In this document: in pieces, positions 27,930 through 32,194 of the stretch
Layout of the letters: every line of letters starts with the position of its first letter
Numbering within the stretch: position 1 is the stretch's first letter
Program-made: the position numbers and the translations under genes
Origin: Pedosphaera sp.
GTDB lineage: Bacteria > Verrucomicrobiota > Verrucomicrobiia > Limisphaerales > SIBH01
Direction of reading: 5' to 3'
Assembly: GCA_031414955.1 (NCBI GenBank)
Contig: JANOQV010000126.1
Coordinates: 1-32,194, forward strand
DNA: 32,194 nt
Notes under the pieces: model-generated
The model's input: only the letters and a program-made list of their open reading frames with translations
The model's database searches: none
What the model was told of the DNA's origin: nothing

Positions 27930-28809
27930 GGAGATGCACCAGCTTCGATACGTGGTCGCAGTGGCGCGCACGGGAAATTTCTCCCGTGCCGCCGAATTGT
28001 GCCATGTGGCCCAGCCCTCCCTGAGCCAGCAGATTCAAAAGCTGGAGGACGAACTCGGCGAACGCCTCTTCGACCGCCTCAAGCGCGAGGCCAAGCTCAC
28101 CCCAGCCGGCGAGTTGTTCCTGCGCCGGGCGGTGAAGATCCTGGAGGAGGTCGAGGCCGCCAAGCGCGAGGCCGACGACGCCCGCGACCTGTTGCGTGGC
28201 ACGGTGACCATCGGCGTGCTGCCCACCATCGCGCCGTATTTGCTGCCGGACGCCATGAGCCGCTTCATGGAAAAGTTTCCCGGTGTCGCCATCGCAGTGA
28301 TCGAGGACACCACGGCCCGGCTGTTGAAACATGCCCTCGCCTGCGAGATTGATTTCGCCCTGGCCAGCAATCCCATCGCCGACCCGCGCCTCGAAGTGCG
28401 CACTCTCTTCACCGAAGAACTGAAGCTCGCGCTCCCGCCCGGCCATCCTCTCACCCGTCAACGCACCGTGGCCGTGGCCGATCTGGAAGGGGAGCGGTTG
28501 ATCGTGATGAAGGACGGGCACTGCCTCGGGGATCAGGTTTTGCGCTTCTGTGATCGCCGTGACTTTCAGCCCCAGATCAGTTTTCGCAGTGCCCAGTTGG
28601 AAACGGTTCAGGCTCTCGTCCGCGCGGGGGTGGGCCTCTCGCTCGTGCCGGAGATGGCCGCGCAAACTTCCCGCCGCGATGGACCCGAATACCGTTCCCT
28701 CTCGAAGCCGGTGCCGCGCCGACAAATTCTGGCCTGCTGGCCGAAGCAGCGGCCACCTTCCCGCGCGGCGGCTGAATTCCTGAAAGGTTTCTCCGCGAGC
28801 AAACCATGA
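27928..28809 (+). CDS. oxyR: OxyR-type LysR regulator (hydrogen peroxide sensor)
   Basis: LysR HTH 'FSRAAELCHVAQPSLSQQIQKLEDELG'; 'DGHCLGDQVLRFC' retains the Cys pair equivalent to E. coli C199/C208; divergent from katG. Confidence 0.88.
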   Translation: MEMHQLRYVVAVARTGNFSRAAELCHVAQPSLSQQIQKLEDELGERLFDRLKREAKLTPAGELFLRRAVKILEEVEAAKREADDARDLLRGTVTIGVLPTIAPYLLPDAMSRFMEKFPGVAIAVIEDTTARLLKHALACEIDFALASNPIADPRLEVRTLFTEELKLALPPGHPLTRQRTVAVADLEGERLIVMKDGHCLGDQVLRFCDRRDFQPQISFRSAQLETVQALVRAGVGLSLVPEMAAQTSRRDGPEYRSLSKPVPRRQILACWPKQRPPSRAAAEFLKGFSASKP

Positions 28810-29038
28810 GAGCCGTGACGGAAGATGCCGAGCCAACCGCACTGAACCGGCCCATGAACCCGCGTGCCGAACTTGGGGATCTCCGCCTCGGCTTCTGCGA
28901 CCCAACTGGTGCCGGTCACCTGGCGCGGCCTGAAGGTGCCACCATGAGCCGAACTGCCCGGAGTGGGCTCCGGTTCCTCCCTGCAAGAGCGTAGTCGGCT
29001 GAGGAGGCTGGGACCGGTCGGCCTTGGCGAAAAACCAT

Positions 29039-29701
29039 TCAACGACCACGCCCCCGCCGCGCGGCGCAGGCGAAGAGGGCGCTGCCGAGGGCGAGCAAGG
29101 CCCAGGTGCTCGGCTCGGGCACGGGCACGAACATGATGTCGTCGAAATAGGCTCCCCACGGTCCTCCAGAGTGATTGGCGGTGAAACGCAGTTCGCCTGT
29201 AGCTCCGGCAAAGGCGCTGATGTCCGCTTCCCACAAGGTGTAACCAGGGAAGAAGCCCACGGGTTGAAGCGAGAGCGTGGTGTTCTCGAAGCTGACCACC
29301 AACCCGCCAGCGGGGATTCGGTTGGCCCAGTCCGTCTTAAACTGAAGGGAGTGTGTGCCTTCTGGAACCTGGCCGGTCTGGGCAAGGGCAATGTCGAGCG
29401 AATCAAAGGAGTTTACAATAAGACGGGCATTGTAATTGCCAAAAAGCGACGGATAGCTGAACACGGTCGAGTCAAGACTCAAAAATGATTGTTGTGCGAT
29501 GCCTGCATTGTATGGGACCTGGCTTTGGACGACCCCGCCGCGATAGAGCGTCCACCCTGGCAAGGCCTGGCTGACCGTCGCATTGAGGTGGGCATTGGTC
29601 GGCAGGGTGCAGGCTTCAAAATTGAGATTCACGAAGCCTTGAGCGGACGCGTTTAGTCTGATGGCCCAGCACAACAACACGATGAGCAGTTTTGTTTTCA
29701 T
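29039..29701 (-). CDS. PEP-CTERM sorting domain protein
   Basis: Signal peptide (…NASA|QGFVNLNFE); C-terminal 'VPEPSTWALLALGSALFACAARRGRGR' has the PEP motif, TM helix and basic tail. Confidence 0.93.
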   Translation of the reverse strand: MKTKLLIVLLCWAIRLNASAQGFVNLNFEACTLPTNAHLNATVSQALPGWTLYRGGVVQSQVPYNAGIAQQSFLSLDSTVFSYPSLFGNYNARLIVNSFDSLDIALAQTGQVPEGTHSLQFKTDWANRIPAGGLVVSFENTTLSLQPVGFFPGYTLWEADISAFAGATGELRFTANHSGGPWGAYFDDIMFVPVPEPSTWALLALGSALFACAARRGRGR

Positions 29702-29711
29702 ATTTTTGGAA

Positions 29712-32194
29712 TCACTTTTTCACAAACGGATCACCGATGACCAACAACACGGGATCACTCTGGCTCGAGATCCAGGCACTGGTCGCGAAATTTTTGCCCT
29801 TTTCCCAGAGGCTAAAATAAGCGGTGGGATTGTGCGGTCCCTGAGGGGTCGGCTCCGCCGTGTGGCCGACAGCACCCACCGGAGTCCCCTCGTAATTGGT
29901 GCGGCCAAAAGCGTTGCTCCAAAACCATTCCGCATAATTTCCCAGGGGGGCCGACCCGCGCTGCCCGTTGAACGATTCCACCGTGGCCATAATGTACCAC
30001 GAGGAATCCCCATGGAAACGAACCCGAGGTATCCACACGTAACCTGGTTGCCAACCATAAGCGCCCCAACTCATGTAAGCGGCGACGTTGGTTCCATCTC
30101 GAGAGTCGAGCGGCGAATCTGGAGGGCCGTAATCCAAACGATTCGAGGCTATGATTCCGGACGCCAACAATCCGAGGTAATGGCTCTGGAAGTGCACGTA
30201 AGTATTGACGCCTGGCCGGTTATCCAATCGCTTCTCATCCAGGAGGTAATTTTGATTCCCATAGCCGGCGCGATTGGCGCTGATGGCGAGCTTGCCGGGC
30301 GAGTAGTTGCTGCCGAAGCGGGCGACCTTGTCGATGTAGGCGAGGCAATCGGTCAGCTTGTTTGTTTCGGCGGGCTGAGAGAGGGGCGCGCCCATGACGA
30401 TGTAGTTCACGAAGGGCGGGCGATGACCAGCTTTACCTCGAATGAGTGCGCTCATGCCGCCGACCTGGATGGGGCTTTGGAACGCGTAGGAGTAGCGTGT
30501 CGGAACGTCGAGGAAGCAGAGGATGTAGCGTGGGCGGATGGTGGGGTTGGCCGCGTACCAGTCGCGCACCAGGTTCAACACCTCGTTGGTCAGCATCAGC
30601 GCGTTGGTGGAGACTTCGCCCACCTCGCCACCTACGCCCAACTGCATGGCGTCGGCGACCATGGGGCGGTTCGTACGGTAATACTCCTTGAGGTAGATGC
30701 TGTCCGCCGAGTTGGTGTGGTAGATGAGCAGCAAATCTGTCGCGACCGTGACCGGGTAGTCGAGGCTCGGATCGTAGGTGATGGCCACACTGTGAGACAC
30801 GCCCGCCGAGATGGTGAACATGTCGCCGAGCAGCGGAGGAAGGTCCGTCTGGCCTTCCTCGTTGCGGCCCCAACTGACCATCGTGCCGTCGTTCTTCAGC
30901 GCGAGGCTGAACTGGCCGCCCGCCGCAATTCTCAACACATTGCTCAGGCCAGCGGGTACGTTGGTCTGGCCGTAGTCGCTCTCACCCCAACTGACCACGA
31001 TGCCGTCCTGCTTCAAGGCCAGCGCATGGAAAGATCCCACCGCCGTGGCCACGACGTTGCTCAGTCCGGCGGGCGGGGTGAGGTCAATCCAGTTCGGATT
31101 GTGCCAGGCCTGCACGGTGCCATTGCTCAGGAGCGCGAGGGCGTGGTTGGGACCGGCGGACATCGCGGCGACGTTGGAGATTCCAGCCGGGACCGGTGTG
31201 CCTCCCCAAGCGACGAGGGTGCCATCCTTGCGCAGGGCGAGTGATTGCGGTCCACCGGCGGCGAGGGCAGTGACGTTGGTCAGCCCCGTCGGCACGTTCG
31301 TTTGTCCACTGGCGTTATTGCCCCAGGCGCGCACGGTTCCGTTCTCCAATAACGCCAGACTATGGCTGCCACCCGCCGCCACCGCCACCACGTTTGTCAG
31401 TCCGGAAGGCACGTTGGTTTGCCCGGCGTTGTTGTAGCCCCATGCCGCCACCGTGCGGTTTTCGCGCAGGCCCAGCGTGTGGTACCCACCAGCCGAAACG
31501 GCAACGAGGTTGGTGGTGTGACGTTGAAAGCCATTCGTCTGCTCGACACTCGTCCCGCCCCAAGTGTGCAAGTCGCCGTCCAAGTTGACCTTCACCTGCC
31601 AGACCGCGCTGGTCACGGAACCAGCGAGGTTGGTCACGATTACCCGGTAAGCACCTTCGTCAGCCAAGCCGCCGGCGATCAAAGGTCTTTCCGTATCGAC
31701 AGGAAACCTACCGTTGCCTACCAGCAGTGGGACCCCATTCTTTTGCCACTGGTAAGTAACTTTGGATGTCCCTTTGTTGTAAACGCTCACCGCAAAATTC
31801 GTGCGCGTGCCTTGGAGAAAAACTTGTTCGAGCGGAATCGGCGACTGCGAGATTATCACCGGCGCATGGATGGTCTCCACCCAGGCCGCTTTGCTGGTGT
31901 TGGTGCCCCCGCTGGTCCAGACCACCGCCTGGTAATATCCGTCGTCGGAGTCTTGCAGGCTGGGGAAGTGGAGCACGTTGCTGGTCGCCCCGGAAATGTT
32001 CACGCCGTTCTTCTGCCACTGGTAGTGGATGGTCTGGCTGCTCACGACCGTGATCGAAACGCTGGCCGGCAGGTTGGTGGGCACGGCGATGTTCTTCGGG
32101 TGCTTCCGGATGATGGGCAACTGGTCGTTGTTGTGAATCACGAGCGTGTGCATGGTTCCCGGCGAAACTGCGGTGACGGTATCGAACCCGGCCC
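29712..32194 (-). CDS. Large surface protein, 5'-truncated: two Ig-like domains, seven RCC1/BLIP-II repeats and a TIGR03790-like C-terminal domain
   Basis: The frame stays open from 32153 to the window edge. Ig motifs 'YQWQKNG...DGYYQ' and 'YQWQKNG...EGAYRV'; seven repeats of the 'VAVAAGGSHSLAL...GTV.AWG' type (~31580-30780). C-terminal 'LLIYHTNSADSIYLKEYYRTNRP', 'RYILCFLDVPTR', 'GAVGHTAEP', 'VIGDPF'. Confidence 0.85.
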   Translation of the reverse strand, partial: AGFDTVTAVSPGTMHTLVIHNNDQLPIIRKHPKNIAVPTNLPASVSITVVSSQTIHYQWQKNGVNISGATSNVLHFPSLQDSDDGYYQAVVWTSGGTNTSKAAWVETIHAPVIISQSPIPLEQVFLQGTRTNFAVSVYNKGTSKVTYQWQKNGVPLLVGNGRFPVDTERPLIAGGLADEGAYRVIVTNLAGSVTSAVWQVKVNLDGDLHTWGGTSVEQTNGFQRHTTNLVAVSAGGYHTLGLRENRTVAAWGYNNAGQTNVPSGLTNVVAVAAGGSHSLALLENGTVRAWGNNASGQTNVPTGLTNVTALAAGGPQSLALRKDGTLVAWGGTPVPAGISNVAAMSAGPNHALALLSNGTVQAWHNPNWIDLTPPAGLSNVVATAVGSFHALALKQDGIVVSWGESDYGQTNVPAGLSNVLRIAAGGQFSLALKNDGTMVSWGRNEEGQTDLPPLLGDMFTISAGVSHSVAITYDPSLDYPVTVATDLLLIYHTNSADSIYLKEYYRTNRPMVADAMQLGVGGEVGEVSTNALMLTNEVLNLVRDWYAANPTIRPRYILCFLDVPTRYSYAFQSPIQVGGMSALIRGKAGHRPPFVNYIVMGAPLSQPAETNKLTDCLAYIDKVARFGSNYSPGKLAISANRAGYGNQNYLLDEKRLDNRPGVNTYVHFQSHYLGLLASGIIASNRLDYGPPDSPLDSRDGTNVAAYMSWGAYGWQPGYVWIPRVRFHGDSSWYIMATVESFNGQRGSAPLGNYAEWFWSNAFGRTNYEGTPVGAVGHTAEPTPQGPHNPTAYFSLWEKGKNFATSAWISSQSDPVLLVIGDPFVKK

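Noticed and set aside
28806..28994. 62-aa ORF overlapping the oxyR stop (ATGA)
   Set aside because: The overlap is suggestive, but there is no motif and coding bias is weak; unsupported without homologs.
27838..29406. 522-aa minus-strand ORF
   Set aside because: Antisense to oxyR and out of frame with the PEP-CTERM gene; composition is not protein-like.

Overview
GC-rich bacterial chromosomal segment, most consistent with a Verrucomicrobiota/PVC-superphylum genome. This is inferred from a PVC-type heme-binding CxxCH protein, a DUF1549/DUF1553 protein, a Trx7/PDZ protein and a PEP-CTERM protein. I call 23 CDSs. Recognisable ones: a large PVC-type dehydrogenase/cytochrome c protein, a two-lobed aspartyl protease, an arsenosugar-type radical SAM gene (arsS) divergent from a TIGR04282/DUF2064 transferase, a lytic transglycosylase, an MBOAT acyltransferase with its partner, metG, yaeQ, a Trx7/PDZ protein, an eboF-like phosphodiesterase, a DUF1549/1553 protein, katG divergent from oxyR with a four-box OxyR site, a PEP-CTERM protein, and a 5'-truncated Ig/RCC1/TIGR03790-like surface protein. 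No rRNA, tRNA, CRISPR array or transposase was seen. The best leads are: (i) a secreted protein that appears to fuse a GspC-HR-like domain to three GspD-N0-like repeats with no secretin barrel; (ii) a low-GC cassette spanning a TIGR03790-like C-terminus and its adjacent PEP-CTERM partner; (iii) a translationally coupled pair of uncharacterised exported proteins; (iv) a heptamer repeat inside metG; (v) a GGAG-footed REP family flanking eboF; (vi) recurrent near-leaderless promoters. All family assignments come from motif recognition by eye; no searches were run.
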